Shown: piece by piece, positions 10,101 through 18,920 of the stretch
How the letters are laid out: each line of letters starts with the position of its first letter
Position numbering within the stretch: position 1 is the first letter of the stretch
Assembly: GCA_964291625.2 (NCBI GenBank)
Contig: OZ220089.1
Span: 2,240,001-2,304,000 of the forward strand
Reading direction: 5' to 3'
Length of the DNA: 64,000 nt
Source of the DNA: Candidatus Latescibacterota bacterium
Lineage (GTDB): Bacteria; Latescibacterota; UBA2968; UBA8231
Position numbers and translations under genes: made by a program
The notes under the pieces: generated by a model
Databases searched by the model: none
What the model was told of the DNA's origin: nothing
Seen by the model: only the letters and a program-made list of their open reading frames with translations

Positions 10101-12798
10101 TCCGCGACAGGGCGGTGGCCGAGATGAAGGCGATGGCGCCGCCCTCCTCGTGCTCCGTCATCAGCTCGCTCAGGGCCTCCACCGTGGGCAGGGTGAAGAG
10201 CCCGTTGAGGCACGAGAGGGCCATCATCAGCGGCAGGCGGCCGCCGTTGCGCACCTGGTTCAGGTACTCCCAGTCCGGGTACCCCGTGGAGAACAGGTAC
10301 TGCATCGCCCCGGCCGCCCCGTGGCCGGAGAAGTTGACGATCAGGGCGCCGTCGTTGAGGGCGTCGAGGAAGGCCTTGCCCCGGGGGTTCGGCAGGGGCG
10401 CCTCGTCGGGTGCGTAGATGCGCACCGACTGCAGGCCCGCCGGCTCCGTGTAGCGCGCCGCGAGCGAGTCGAGGGGGCCGGAGAACTCGTCCTTGGCGTG
10501 CCAGTTGGCGGCGAAGACCGAGCGGCTGCGCCAGTCCCCCGGCTCGGGGCTGGAGTCGTAGGCGATGATCTTGTCCACCACCCGCTCCGCCTCCTCCGCC
10601 GAGTCGACGGCCAGCCGCCCCACGGAGAGGTCGGCCAGCAGGTCGTCGCCGTCGACCAGGGCGAGGTGGTAGTCGGAGGGCGAGAACCCCCGTTCCCGCG
10701 CCAGGTAGTAGCGGGTGGGCACGAGCGTCCAGTTCGGCTTGCCGGTGTAGATCCCCCGGTAGTCCCAGGTCGCGTCCCCGAGGAGGGTGACGAAGGCCGG
10801 ACGCGGCGCCCAGGCTTCGTAGGCGTGACGGATGAAGTCGGCCACCGCCTCGCGCTGGACGCGGCCGAAGCTGAACTCGTCGTACACGTCCTCGATGGAG
10901 ACGACGGTGACCCGCAGCCCGTGGCCGCGCCGGTGGCCGGCGAGGCGGTGCGCGGCGTCGAGGAACTCCGGGTGGGAGATGATCACGTAGTCGGCGCCGT
11001 GGCTCCCCGAGCGCCAGTCGGAGGGCGTGTCGGGGACGCCCTCCGGCTCCCGCAGGGAGAGGCTGTCGGCGGCCACGTAGAGAGGCGGCGAGGCGGGAGC
11101 GTCCTCGAAGGTCGCCTGGAAAGAGGTGTCGGCGGCGGTGACCGCCGCCCCTGTCAGCAGCGCGTCGTTGGCGGCGTCGAGGAGCAGCACCTCCGGGTGC
11201 CGGAACCCCTCCACGGTGATGCGATGGCCCTCCGGCGCGGCCTCGACCGGCGCCGCCAGGAACCCCGGACCGGCGTCGAACCGGCGGCGGTAGGTGACCC
11301 GGAACCAGTTGAACCAGATCTGGTCGACCTTGATGCGGTCGGCGTACCCCTGCAGCAGTATCCGGTTGCGAGGCTTCAGCCAGCCGGAGGGCACGGAGGC
11401 GTCGATCAGACGCGGCACCTGCCCCACCCAGTAGGCCTCCTCGAGGACCCGCGAGTCGGCGCCGGTCCAGTTGAAGTGCACCACCGTGTGGTGCTCCCCG
11501 AACCCTTCGCCCGTCCGCCCCTGGAGGGCGACCTCCACCCGCGCCTCGTACTCCTCCTCGTCGTACAGGGCCGTAATGTCGCCGGCGAAACTCTGGCTGG
11601 AGGGCGTTTCCGGCTCGGTGGCGGTCAGCGCGTCCTGGGGGGGCTGCCAGAACCAGCGGTCGATGTGCGGGTCGGTGGCGAATCCGAGTTGGTCGAAGCT
11701 GCGGTCGATCTCGTGGTGCGCCGCGTGCAGGTACCACTCCCTCTCCCGGTAGCCGCGCTCCGGCGAGGCGTCCCGCTCTTCGTAGCGCCGGCCGGGCGCC
11801 CCACCCCAGGTGAGCCAGTACGTCTCCTCCGGGCCGTACTCGCTCTCGTGGTCGCGCTCCCGGCCGGCGGTGACCGCGCGCCGGTAGCGGCCGTAGAACA
11901 GCACCTCGTCCCCGGCGTCGAAGGCGTCGTCCTCGCCGCCGCGCACGACCAGGGGGATCTCGGCGCCGGCGTGGAAGAGGCGGAAGGTCCGCGGATCGAT
12001 CGATTCCGCCTCATAGTGAGAAAACGCCTCCCACCCAGGCGTGATGCGGTACACGCCGTCAGCCGGCACCAGGACCTTGATCCAGGGGAGAGCCGGGTCG
12101 TACCAGCCGTTGTCGGAGGCCGGGCGCGCCGCCGGCCGGGGAGCCGCCCAGGAGGAGGGGGGCGGATTGATGAAGGCCCCGCGCAGCAGGTCGCCGTGGG
12201 GGTCGGGGAGAGGCGCGGGTCGGTGGGCCCCCCCGCCGACGAAGGCCACCTCCACCAGAAGCCGGCGGTGCACGCGGGTTCGCCCGGTGACCGGATCGAC
12301 CTGCCACGGGAAGAGCCGCAGCCGGTGGGCGGGTGTGCCGCGCAGCCGCCCGAGAGGCTCCGTATGGGCGAGGGCCGCCACCTGGCGCGGGTCCAGTACC
12401 ACGGCATGGCTGTCCGCGCTCATCGGCTCCACGCCTGAGTACTCCTGGTGCGCCTCGGAGACCACCGACAGCCGCAGGCGGGCGCCGGGCGGGGCCGCCA
12501 CCAGGGCCGCCACGTACGGCAGGTCCACCCCTCCCGGACCGGCCCCCCGGGGCAGCCCCGGCGCGCTGAGGCCCCGGCCTCCCGGGCCGATCCCGTCCTC
12601 CACCTCCAGCACGAGGCGCAGACCCCAGGCGCCGGAATCGACCAGGCGCAGTCCGGCGGCGGAGGGGGAGGCGGCGGCGATGGCGGCCGCCACCGCTCCG
12701 GCGAGGACGAGCAGGGGATGCCCTCGGAGGATCGCGAGAGGACCCGGTCCGGCGGTGGGATCTGGTCGTAAGCGCATGGGAGAGAAGCGAGTCCGCAT
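7186..12798 (-). CDS. C25-family cysteine peptidase (gingipain/PorU-like sortase) with propeptide-like region, CARDB domains, propeller-like insert and C-terminal FlgD-Ig/T9SS-like domain
   Basis: ADYVIISH, IEDVYDEFSFG, LLGDA, SDYHLALVDGDD, VGRL; catalytic NFSGHG and ALSCLNG; QLIGDPA; CARDB EADESDN; C-terminal WDGRDEVGRPLANGTYLY. Confidence 0.85.
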   Translation of the reverse strand: MRTRFSPMRLRPDPTAGPGPLAILRGHPLLVLAGAVAAAIAAASPSAAGLRLVDSGAWGLRLVLEVEDGIGPGGRGLSAPGLPRGAGPGGVDLPYVAALVAAPPGARLRLSVVSEAHQEYSGVEPMSADSHAVVLDPRQVAALAHTEPLGRLRGTPAHRLRLFPWQVDPVTGRTRVHRRLLVEVAFVGGGAHRPAPLPDPHGDLLRGAFINPPPSSWAAPRPAARPASDNGWYDPALPWIKVLVPADGVYRITPGWEAFSHYEAESIDPRTFRLFHAGAEIPLVVRGGEDDAFDAGDEVLFYGRYRRAVTAGRERDHESEYGPEETYWLTWGGAPGRRYEERDASPERGYREREWYLHAAHHEIDRSFDQLGFATDPHIDRWFWQPPQDALTATEPETPSSQSFAGDITALYDEEEYEARVEVALQGRTGEGFGEHHTVVHFNWTGADSRVLEEAYWVGQVPRLIDASVPSGWLKPRNRILLQGYADRIKVDQIWFNWFRVTYRRRFDAGPGFLAAPVEAAPEGHRITVEGFRHPEVLLLDAANDALLTGAAVTAADTSFQATFEDAPASPPLYVAADSLSLREPEGVPDTPSDWRSGSHGADYVIISHPEFLDAAHRLAGHRRGHGLRVTVVSIEDVYDEFSFGRVQREAVADFIRHAYEAWAPRPAFVTLLGDATWDYRGIYTGKPNWTLVPTRYYLARERGFSPSDYHLALVDGDDLLADLSVGRLAVDSAEEAERVVDKIIAYDSSPEPGDWRSRSVFAANWHAKDEFSGPLDSLAARYTEPAGLQSVRIYAPDEAPLPNPRGKAFLDALNDGALIVNFSGHGAAGAMQYLFSTGYPDWEYLNQVRNGGRLPLMMALSCLNGLFTLPTVEALSELMTEHEEGGAIAFISATALSRTAQNRLLSDQLYSQLFAEGRLRFGPVLDAAKARVLAAHSSYRDVVETMQLIGDPAQELALAPDADYAAADLSVLGGRVTTGATVTVTGRFRNNTRFGADSLTVALLGEAPGAVPDTLWVQRRGPFAGGDSLRFDWAVGDRRGPYLLSLIVDADDQVEEADESDNRLDLSLRILDARAAAPLSPSDGGLAPAAALRALTPVDASGESAGLACEFALSTEPGFPDSATAWSPLVTARQGLAEHAFEGFATPPGSSLHWRVRLVDDAVPGPWSAVRTFALEPAPPGAADGLWRSRGPQLLAHGESGGGLAAEGEAVVVSSRRPAFRPAAATREDGFTVGELDGAGIVATDGEYLYAKRWFNDPSTRYAGTDFFARIGTGFGGTERGRLYGFLPDSTSAGIAATCHSDGYLYCDAGQTFELERIDPRTGRLDTVRVPDGLVDWKTGRVVEEPAPGQVIHALITSDGRYVYNVSMSSAVGMRVGWRVRVFEPEAGWRLVREFVAPPTETGFTYLWTDGVLADGERLYLIEYAGRRRIRAVSAVDGSFIDEWTSDQEETGILAGQYDWVNDKVWLADLGAVVRPGQPLDKTGASLFRYGRHGRRQPARLWSPPIGPAAAWGTLTVEGSGVQVSVQAPAEDGGWTDLPERAVAAPGSVDLSGLEAERFRRLRLAALVDTAAGARLSEWQVSYTGLADLEVAAAEAGEGVVRAAVRNRGEVPSPPASLRLEGRPGQPLRERPLPALPAGALVAAVFDSLGPLLPGTRVRVLHGGPDADPGNDSVLLIAPGPRLVFRAWPGGHQLQSGDALGPRALWVEADGPGRIELAVDGSPVTADSTWTTAAGASALYRMAEGLQQVEARLVDDKGELAVSRIDLLVGPDLHATNVLVHPHPVRGEGAAFTFFLSRGAEVGVDLYALGGRRIRRLGPVAFGAGFGQLSWDGRDEVGRPLANGTYLYVLTARAGGERVDHRAPVVLVR

Positions 12799-12882
12799 GG
12801 CCCAAGGTACGGGCGCCGGGATCGCCGGGCCAAGACGCCGTGGTCCGCCGGCCCGGGGCCCGCTATCGGTGCGAAACCGTCG

Positions 12883-14370
12883 TCAGCGGCCCTCAGTCCC
12901 CTCCCCGAACTGGAAGGCGTAGAGCTTCATCCCCCGCATGACGAAGCGCAGCCGCACCGGCGTGCCGGCGTGTGGGGCGAGGTCGCCGCCGCGCCAGGTC
13001 ACGGCCTTGTGGAGGCTGTTGCCGCGCACCGTATCCGCCTCGGCCAGGCTCAAGCCCGGCAGCGGCCGGCCGTCCTCGCCGAGGACCTCCGCCTGGAGCC
13101 AGCCGCCGGCGCTGCCGTCGCAGTTCACCTCGAGCCGGTCCCCCTCGAAGGTGAGGAGAGGCGTCGTGAAGGTGCCGCCGCCGTAGCCGGCGTCCGCGGA
13201 GACGAAGCCGTCGCGGCGCAGGCTGGCGCGGAAAATGCCGCCGAGCCGCGCCTGGGCCTCCCGGTCCTCGCCCGGCCGGGGGTTGCGATGCAAGCGGGCG
13301 GTGCCGGAGTAGTAGAGCCACAGCTCCTCGCCCACCGGGATCAGCCAGGGGTTGGCGTAGATCATGCCGCTGGTGGAGCTGCCGTCGAAGCCCTGGCGCA
13401 GGAAGGGCTCGCGGTCCCCGGCGCGGCCCCAGCTGATCCCGTCGCGGCTGGTGAGCAACTGCACGTCCAGGGTGGCCGGGAACTGCTTCCGGCCCCAGTG
13501 GTAGTAGACGGCCGGCAGCATCAGGTACACGTCTTCGGCCCACGGGTACTTCATGGCGCAGCTGGTGTAGATGTCGACGCAGGGGCGGCCGGACTCGTTC
13601 TCCGCCGGCAGCGGCATGCCGGTGTCGGCGCCGTCCGCCTCGAAGACGATCTCCAGCGGCGTCCAGTGGCGGAAGTCGGTGGAGGTGACGCGGCCGACGC
13701 TGCGGTACGGCTGACCGACGGCGTCGGCGGCCTCGTCCCGGTGCTGGGTGGCGCTCACCCGGGTGTAGCCGACGTAGCACTGCAGCCGGTCGTCCACGAA
13801 CAGCATGTTCTGCGTGTCGCAGGCCCCCCGGTGATCCGGCTGGCCGTCGTAGCAGCGCCAGCTCAGGCCGTCGGGCGAGTGCATCGCCCACAGGCCGGGC
13901 TCGACGCCGGCGGCGGTCTCGTCGTCGGTGGGCCGGTACTTCGTCCACAGCTTGTAGCGCTCCTCCTCCGGGGCCGCCTCGTCGCGCAGCACGGTCGCCC
14001 CCTGCATCGACTGCCGCTCCAGCAGGGGGGCGACGATGTTGTTGGCCCTCGAGCCCTGGAACTCGATCAGGCCGAGGTCGGGCTTGGTCCAGGTGAGACC
14101 GTCCTCGGACTCGGCGTAGCCCAGCCTCCGGGCGCCCTCGGCGGGACCTCCGCCGAGGACGCAGGCGTCGTACCACAGGCGGAAGCGGCCGTCCGCCTCG
14201 AGCATGGCCGTGTTGTAGGCGCCGATGCCGAAGGACTCCCAGGGCCGGTCGGCCGTCAGCACCGGCTCGGGATGCTGCACGGGCGGGTTCATGCGCAGGT
14301 GCACGCCTTCGGACCGCTCGATGAAGCGCTCGTCGACGAAGAGCTGCCGTCGCGTGCCGACGTTCCACAT
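12883..14370 (-). CDS. Putative glycoside hydrolase (five-bladed beta-propeller with C-terminal beta domain)
   Basis: RQLFVD N-terminus, YAESEDGLTWTKPDLG, repeated S-x-D-G-x-x-W Asp-boxes and LRRDGFVS. Typical of an uncharacterised propeller GH-like family. Confidence 0.7.
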   Translation of the reverse strand: MWNVGTRRQLFVDERFIERSEGVHLRMNPPVQHPEPVLTADRPWESFGIGAYNTAMLEADGRFRLWYDACVLGGGPAEGARRLGYAESEDGLTWTKPDLGLIEFQGSRANNIVAPLLERQSMQGATVLRDEAAPEEERYKLWTKYRPTDDETAAGVEPGLWAMHSPDGLSWRCYDGQPDHRGACDTQNMLFVDDRLQCYVGYTRVSATQHRDEAADAVGQPYRSVGRVTSTDFRHWTPLEIVFEADGADTGMPLPAENESGRPCVDIYTSCAMKYPWAEDVYLMLPAVYYHWGRKQFPATLDVQLLTSRDGISWGRAGDREPFLRQGFDGSSTSGMIYANPWLIPVGEELWLYYSGTARLHRNPRPGEDREAQARLGGIFRASLRRDGFVSADAGYGGGTFTTPLLTFEGDRLEVNCDGSAGGWLQAEVLGEDGRPLPGLSLAEADTVRGNSLHKAVTWRGGDLAPHAGTPVRLRFVMRGMKLYAFQFGEGTEGR

Positions 14371-14413
14371 GGTTCAGGCTCCTGCCGGGGGGATCACCGC
14401 AAGGGAGAGGGCC

Positions 14414-14443
14414 AAGGTAGGCGAGGCGAAAAAGAGCGGTCAA
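14414..14443 (-). promoter_or_regulatory. Sigma-70-like promoter (TTGACC-N18-TACCTT) for the 12883..14370 gene
   Basis: The minus strand reads TTGACC (14443-14438), an 18-nt spacer, then TACCTT (14419-14414), 43 nt before the ATG. Confidence 0.5.
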
Positions 14444-14581
14444 CCACGCGGCGAGGGGGCGCGGACCCCTGGGCCCGGCGACTGGCGCCGGGTCGATCCC
14501 GGCAAGGGCCGCGCACACACGACCTGCCGGCCACGGGTTATCTTGGAGCGCACCGCAGCACCTGACGCGAGGAGGCAGCGA

Positions 14582-15556
14582 ATGGCCACGGATACCGTCC
14601 TCTACCTGAACCGCCAGGACGTGGAAGCGGTCGACCTCGGGATGCCCGCCATCATCGACGCCCTGGAGGCGATGTTCCTCGAGAAAGGGCAGGGCCGCGT
14701 CGAGATGCCTCCCAAGCCCGGCATCCACACCCGCCCCGACGCCTTCATCCACGCCATGCCGGCCTGGATCCCGAGCTTGGAGGCGGCCGGCGTCAAGTGG
14801 ATCTCCGGTTACCCGGGCAACCAGGCCCGGGGGCTGCCCTACATCAACGGCCTGCTGATCCTCAACGACCCGGAGACCGGCGTCCCCACGGCGATCATGG
14901 ACGCCACCTGGATCACCGCCCAGCGCACGGGCGCCGCCACCGCCGTGGCCGCCCGCCATCTCGCCCGGCCGGAGAGCGAGTCCGCGGGTATCATCGCCTG
15001 CGGCGTGCAGGGGCGCAGCAACCTGGAGGCCCTCTCCTGCCTCTTCGACCTGAAAGCGGTGCGCGCTTTCGACCTCCACCGGGAGGTGGCCGAGGAGTTC
15101 GCCGCCGCCATGTCGGCGAAGCTGGGGCTCGATGTGGAGGTCGTGGACGACCCCCGCCAAGCGGTGACCGGCGCCGACCTGGTGGTCACCAGCGGGCCGA
15201 TCCGCGAGGAGCCCGAGCCGGTGATCGAGGCCGGCTGGCTGGCGGCCGGCGCCTTCGCCTCTCCCGTCGACTTCGACGCCTACTGGACGGGCCCCGCCTT
15301 CGCCGAGGCGGACAGGCTGGCCACCGACGACCTCGGACAGTTCGACTACTACCGGCGGCGGGGCTACTTCCGGGACACGCCCGAGCCGCAGGCCGATCTC
15401 GGCCAGATCGTCGCGGGGCTCAAGCCGGGACGGGAAGGCGAGGACGAGCGCACCATCGCCATCAACCTCGGCATCGCCCTGGAGGACATGGCCACGGCGA
15501 TTCGGGTCTACCACCGCGCCGTCGAGATGGGCATCGGCACCCCCCTGCCGCTGTGA
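14582..15556 (+). CDS. Ornithine cyclodeaminase / mu-crystallin family protein
   Basis: Start is ATG 14582 after GGAGG. Motifs GVKWISGYPGN, MDATWITAQRTGAA and NLGIALED. Confidence 0.9.
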   Translation: MATDTVLYLNRQDVEAVDLGMPAIIDALEAMFLEKGQGRVEMPPKPGIHTRPDAFIHAMPAWIPSLEAAGVKWISGYPGNQARGLPYINGLLILNDPETGVPTAIMDATWITAQRTGAATAVAARHLARPESESAGIIACGVQGRSNLEALSCLFDLKAVRAFDLHREVAEEFAAAMSAKLGLDVEVVDDPRQAVTGADLVVTSGPIREEPEPVIEAGWLAAGAFASPVDFDAYWTGPAFAEADRLATDDLGQFDYYRRRGYFRDTPEPQADLGQIVAGLKPGREGEDERTIAINLGIALEDMATAIRVYHRAVEMGIGTPLPL

Positions 15557-15578
15557 CCCCCCACCACGAGGAGCCGAC

Positions 15579-16154
15579 ATGATCGACAACCATTTCACCC
15601 GCGGGCCGGAGGGCTGGTGCTCCTACGACTACCACGCCAGCATGATCACCGGCGGCAACGTCTTCATCCTGGCCACCTGGGACCGCACCGGCGGCGTCGA
15701 CGGCGGCGGCTGCGTCTTCTCCGACCACACCCGCTGGAGCGCCGACACGCCCGAGGAGCCCCTCTCCATCCTGCCGCTGCTGCACTACCGCGGCTGGGTC
15801 GACGCCGACCCCGTCGACCTGCGCAACGCCGAGGTCTCGGTATACCTGCGCGGCGACGACCTGAATCTCGACGGGGCCCGCTGCTACTTCTGGGCCCACG
15901 TGACGCGCACCCGCTGGCACCTGACGAGCGCGCCCCTGCGGATCGGCGACGGCGCCTGGACCTCGGAGCCGAACCGCTTCCGGCTGACGCCGGACGAGAG
16001 CCTGTGGCACAACAGCTGGACGGCCGAGCCGGACGGGCCCCGGCGCCTCGAGCCGCTGCTGGCCGAGGCGGAGAGCTACGGGTTCGCCTTCGTGGGGTTC
16101 TCCAGCGAGGTCACCGGGCGGCTGTCGATGTCCCGGTTCTCGATCGAGCGCTGA
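15579..16154 (+). CDS. Hypothetical protein (Trp-rich, possible jelly-roll/carbohydrate-binding-like fold)
   Basis: 191-aa ORF with a GAGGAG RBS and typical codon bias. The fold suggestion is inference only. Confidence 0.65.
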   Translation: MIDNHFTRGPEGWCSYDYHASMITGGNVFILATWDRTGGVDGGGCVFSDHTRWSADTPEEPLSILPLLHYRGWVDADPVDLRNAEVSVYLRGDDLNLDGARCYFWAHVTRTRWHLTSAPLRIGDGAWTSEPNRFRLTPDESLWHNSWTAEPDGPRRLEPLLAEAESYGFAFVGFSSEVTGRLSMSRFSIER

Positions 16155-16158
16155 TCCC

Positions 16159-17472
16159 TCAGGCGTCGAGGGCCCTGTCGACGGCCTCGACGAGGCCGTC
16201 CACGTGCCCGGCCTCCATGGGCACGGAGAGGGCGTTCATCCCCATGGAGTGGCTCAGCAGGCAGCCCTGCAGGAGCACGGAGAGGAAGACGCGGGACCCG
16301 CGCCCCCTGTCGGCGCGCGCCATGTCGCGCCAGGTGCGCAGGGGCGGCTCCAGGAAGTGGATGCTGAAGACGGACCCCATGACCACGGGTTCCGCCGCCA
16401 CGCCGCGGCGCTCGAAGACCTCCCGCAGACCCGCCCCCAGCCGCTCGCCGAGACCGTTGAGGTGCCGGAAAGCCTCGGGCGTGAGCTGCCGCAGGGTGGC
16501 CAGACCCGCCGCCGAGGTCACCGGGTGGGCGCTGAAGGTGCCGCTCTGGCTGAAGCCGGTGGGCGGTCCGGTGTTGTCGAAGCGCTCCATCAGGTCGGCG
16601 CGGCCCCCGAGGGCCCCCACCGGGAAACCGCCGCCCACCATCTTGCCGAAGGTCGTCACGTCCGGATCGATACCGTAGTGGGCCTGCAGGCCGCCGGGGC
16701 CCATGCGGAAGCCGACGATCTCGTCGAACATGAGCAGCATGTCCAGGTCGCGGGTGATCTCGCGGACGAAACGGACGAACTCCGGCCGCTGGGGCAGGAT
16801 GCCGAACTTCGGGTCGAGCAGCACGCAGCCGACCTCGTGGCGGTGGGCCTTCAGCAGGGCCTCGACGGCGGCCTCGTCGTCGTAGGGCAGGATCAGGGCC
16901 TCGGCCAGGGCCCCCGGCGAGATCCCCCCCGTTCCGGGAACGGCCACCGGCGCCGAGGCGGGGCCGGCTTTGTCCAGGGGCGGCGCGACGCTGATCTCCA
17001 CGGCGTCGTGGCTGCCGTGGTATCCGCCCTCGAACTTGGCCACCCGCGGGCGGCCGCTGACGCCGCGCAGCAGGCGCACGGCGTGGAGGGTGGCCTCGGT
17101 GCCGGAGTTGGTGAAGCGGATGCGCTCCACCGAGGCGACGCGGCGGCACATCTCGGCGGCCAGCTCGACCTCGGCCCCGGCCTGCCCCCCGAGCACCGTG
17201 CCACGCTCCAGTTGCTCCTGCACAGCGGCGCGCACGGCGGCGTTGCCGTGGCCGAGGATCTGGGCCGTGTGGTGGTTGTTGAAATCGACGTAGCGGTTGC
17301 CGTCCACGTCGACGAGGTGGCAGCCCTTGCCCCGCTCCATGGAGAGCGGCCAGGGTGGGTGGTAGTAGGCCCCCTTGACGGCGCCCGCCGTCGCGGCCCG
17401 GGCGGCCTCGAAACGCCGGCGCGACTCGGGGGTGGCCTCGCGGTAGCGCTGCTCCAGGTCGCCGCCGCTCAC
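16159..17472 (-). CDS. Class III PLP aminotransferase (glutamate-1-semialdehyde aminomutase-like paralogue)
   Basis: DVDGNRYVD, RFTNSGTEAT, KFEGGYHG, FDEI and PLP lysine in TTFGKMVGGG. GTG start at 17472 overlaps the upstream stop. Confidence 0.85.
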   Translation of the reverse strand: MSGGDLEQRYREATPESRRRFEAARAATAGAVKGAYYHPPWPLSMERGKGCHLVDVDGNRYVDFNNHHTAQILGHGNAAVRAAVQEQLERGTVLGGQAGAEVELAAEMCRRVASVERIRFTNSGTEATLHAVRLLRGVSGRPRVAKFEGGYHGSHDAVEISVAPPLDKAGPASAPVAVPGTGGISPGALAEALILPYDDEAAVEALLKAHRHEVGCVLLDPKFGILPQRPEFVRFVREITRDLDMLLMFDEIVGFRMGPGGLQAHYGIDPDVTTFGKMVGGGFPVGALGGRADLMERFDNTGPPTGFSQSGTFSAHPVTSAAGLATLRQLTPEAFRHLNGLGERLGAGLREVFERRGVAAEPVVMGSVFSIHFLEPPLRTWRDMARADRGRGSRVFLSVLLQGCLLSHSMGMNALSVPMEAGHVDGLVEAVDRALDA

Positions 17473-18458
17473 GGGAATCTCACGATCCGGCCGCTGTCGG
17501 CGGACTCGCGCGCCAGCAGGCAGGCCCGGGTCATCTCGATGGCGTCCTCCGGCCCGAGGAGGGGCTGCACCTCTCCCGCCGCGGCAGCTACGAAGTCGGG
17601 AAAGATCTGACGGTCGCACTCGGCCGGCAGGCCTTCGTCGCCGTCGCCCCCCTCGCGGGTGAGGATCACCTCCCCGCCGAGCACCTCGATGACGCCCTCG
17701 GTGCCGGCGATCCGCACGCGGTCGTCGCCGTGGCTCGGCGCCGCTCCCGGCCGCAGGTAGTCGATGCTGACCGAGGCGAAGACGTCGTCCTCGAGGGTGA
17801 GGTGGCAGACGGCCGAGACCTCCAGCTCGCCGTGGTCGCGGTTGCGGGCGGCGGAGTGCGCGGCGTAGACGCTGCGGAAGGCCTTGCCGGTGTACCAGCG
17901 GACCCAGTCGAAGGCGTGGCTGCCCACCCAGGGGATGGTGCCGCCGTAGATGGACCGGTCGTGGTAGAAGGGCGCCCGCCGGCCGAGGCGGTAGGACTTC
18001 TGGGTGTTGAGCAGGCGGATCTCCCCCACGGCGCCCTCGCGGACCTGGCGCCAGGCGGTGTGGAAGGCGGGATCGTAGCGCAGCCCCATCATGGCGGCGA
18101 AGTGGACACCCGCCGCCTGACGCGCCTCGGCGACCTCCTCCAGCTCCTCCAGAGTCAGGGCCACCGGCTTCTCACAGAAGACGTGGATCCCGCGGCGGAA
18201 GGCCTCGACGCAGATCTCGGCGTGGCGGTGGAAGGGGCCGGCGATGGAGAGGAGGTCCGGCTGCACGGCATCGAGCATCTCCGCGGGCTGGTCCCAGACC
18301 TCGGGCTCGTGCCCCAGATCCCGGCACCTGGACAGCAGCCCCTGCGCGTCGTCCCCGGCGGCGGCCGTGCACACGCCGGCGACGCTCACGTCGGTCAGCG
18401 GCAGTCCGGACAGCACGTAGTTGTTGTGCCCGCGGACCCCGACCATGCACAGCTTCAT
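17469..18458 (-). CDS. Gfo/Idh/MocA-family oxidoreductase
   Basis: Rossmann-like start MKLCMVGVRGH, HVFCEKPVA and GSHAFD. Confidence 0.9.
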   Translation of the reverse strand: MKLCMVGVRGHNNYVLSGLPLTDVSVAGVCTAAAGDDAQGLLSRCRDLGHEPEVWDQPAEMLDAVQPDLLSIAGPFHRHAEICVEAFRRGIHVFCEKPVALTLEELEEVAEARQAAGVHFAAMMGLRYDPAFHTAWRQVREGAVGEIRLLNTQKSYRLGRRAPFYHDRSIYGGTIPWVGSHAFDWVRWYTGKAFRSVYAAHSAARNRDHGELEVSAVCHLTLEDDVFASVSIDYLRPGAAPSHGDDRVRIAGTEGVIEVLGGEVILTREGGDGDEGLPAECDRQIFPDFVAAAAGEVQPLLGPEDAIEMTRACLLARESADSGRIVRFP

Positions 18459-18466
18459 GGTCCGCC

Positions 18467-18880
18467 CTACCGCAGGCCGACACCCGGCCACTGCTCGTCG
18501 CTGGAGGTGACGTCGACGGTGATGCCGTCCGGGTCCTCCACCTTGAAGGCGGTATCCTCGATGTTGTTCACGTCCACCGGCACCTTGCCCGACAGCCCGT
18601 CGGAGAAGATCTCGTAGCCCATGCCCAGCAGGCGCTGGGCCGCGGCCTCGAGATCGGGCACGCGCACGCCGATGTGCAGGTAGTCGAGCATGCCGCTCAC
18701 GTGGCCGGGGCGCTCGGGGCCCTCGTGCTGGAAGACGCGGAAGTTGTGATGGCCGTCGCTCAAGTCGAAGGACTTGCCGCGGTCGGCGACGACGGGCAGG
18801 CCGAGGCCGTCGCGCCAGAACCGGATGGTGGCCTCGATGTCGGAGGCGCGGACGCCGACGTGGACGAGGGTGGTGGTCAC
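18467..18880 (-). CDS. VOC/glyoxalase-family protein
   Basis: HVGVRASDIEATIRFWRDGLG, HIGVRVPD and DPDGITVD. Confidence 0.85.
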   Translation of the reverse strand: MTTTLVHVGVRASDIEATIRFWRDGLGLPVVADRGKSFDLSDGHHNFRVFQHEGPERPGHVSGMLDYLHIGVRVPDLEAAAQRLLGMGYEIFSDGLSGKVPVDVNNIEDTAFKVEDPDGITVDVTSSDEQWPGVGLR

Positions 18881-18920
18881 GGTCGATCTCCTGGTGGGGG
18901 GAGTGGGTGAGGGGGATGAA

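Noticed and set aside
9379-12438. Very long alternative-frame ORFs (e.g. 9379..12438+, 12893..15598-, 18774..21488+, 44890..48039+, 53809..58209-, 55935..58880+)
   Set aside because: These are shadow ORFs caused by high GC3. They are Arg/Gly/Pro-rich or antisense to genes with clear family motifs.
16159-17472. Calling this gene hemL
   Set aside because: It is GSA-aminomutase-like but sits in a catabolic operon with no tetrapyrrole genes, so it is more likely a paralogue. No symbol assigned.
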